In this document: positions 23,602-24,000 of the stretch, piece after piece
Position numbering within the stretch: position 1 is the stretch's first letter
How the letters are laid out: every line of letters begins with the position of its first letter
Assembly: GCA_012516575.1 (NCBI GenBank)
Contig: JAAYWS010000052.1
Location: 1-24,000, forward strand
Reading direction: 5' to 3'
Length of the DNA: 24,000 nucleotides
From: Actinomycetaceae bacterium
GTDB taxonomy: Bacteria; Actinomycetota; Actinomycetes; Actinomycetales; Actinomycetaceae
Notes under the pieces: model-generated
Told to the model about the DNA's origin: nothing
Database searches by the model: none
Seen by the model: the letters and a program-made list of their open reading frames with translations, nothing else
Translations under genes and position numbers: made by a program

Positions 23602-24000
23602 ATGAGCACAGCAATCAAAGTCGAAGGCGTGTCAAAAAAGTTCGGCACAAAAGAAGTATTGCGACATGTATCTTTAGACATCCCTAGATCAAGTATTTTC
23701 GCGCTCATCGGCCCATCCGGATGCGGAAAGACTACCCTGGTTAAGATAATTATTGGCTTATTAACGCCTACTACTGGCTCGATAGATCTGCCTGCAGTGG
23801 GCGGTATCGGCAGGAAAGCCGCAGCTCATTTAGGATACATGGCCCAGTCTGCCGCACTATATCCACTGCTGTCTGGGCGGGAAAACCTGAAGTTTTTCGG
23901 CAGGCTATACGGCCTGAAAAAGCAAGAGCTCACCGAGCGAATTACCCAAGTTGCTAACCTCGTCCATCTCACCGAAGATCTCGATGTCCCCGCTCAAAAT
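23602..24000 (+). CDS. ABC transporter ATP-binding protein (ABC-2/drug-exporter type), 5' part; continues beyond the right edge
   Basis: Hand translation from ATG 23602: MSTAIKVEGVSKKFGTKEVLRHVSLDIPRSSIFALIGPSGCGKTTLVKII... (Walker A GPSGCGKT), then YMAQSAALYPLLSGRENLKFFGRLYGL. No stop before the window end. Confidence 0.85.
   Translation, partial: MSTAIKVEGVSKKFGTKEVLRHVSLDIPRSSIFALIGPSGCGKTTLVKIIIGLLTPTTGSIDLPAVGGIGRKAAAHLGYMAQSAALYPLLSGRENLKFFGRLYGLKKQELTERITQVANLVHLTEDLDVPAQN

Noticed and set aside
1-24000. tRNA, rRNA, CRISPR arrays or known defence-system genes
   Set aside because: I saw no T-arm-like GGTTCGAnnCC signatures in a tRNA context, no regularly spaced repeat arrays, and no nuclease, helicase, methylase or cyclase-type ORFs. 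A scan by eye cannot exclude small ncRNAs.

Overview
This 24 kb window looks like chromosome from a mid-GC Gram-positive, probably actinobacterial organism. That taxon guess is inference from LPXTG-type anchoring, lipoboxes and gene content. Left to right the window holds:
- The inward end of an IS3-family insertion sequence, running off the left edge.
- A lower-GC two-gene cassette (zinc-ribbon protein plus single-TM protein).
- A beta-eliminating lyase whose specificity residues look like tyrosine phenol-lyase rather than tryptophanase.
- An acidic lipoprotein.
- A minus-strand catabolic block: tctCBA tripartite tricarboxylate-type transporter, then eda-kdgK, with a divergent LysR regulator.
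- A 644-aa sortase-anchored surface protein with an MPKTG sorting motif.
- A SulP/STAS anion transporter with a long charged tail.
- An SDR oxidoreductase whose start codon is out of frame with its body.
- A 77-nt near-perfect hairpin.
- yccF and a cydDC-type ABC exporter pair.
- A divergent operon of small membrane proteins plus a fused cytochrome b / molybdopterin oxidoreductase, which is broken by two frameshifts and a nonsense codon.
- Two TetR regulators flanking a small protein with a ribosomal L7/L12 C-terminal-like motif.
- The start of an ABC ATPase gene.

I found no rRNA, tRNA, CRISPR array or recognisable defence system. The most unusual items are the decayed haem/Moco operon, the L12-CTD-like orphan, the IS-adjacent cassette, the long hairpin, and the transporter plus KDG kinase/aldolase association. 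None is demonstrably a new system from sequence alone. All homology statements come from motif recognition by eye, not from database searches.
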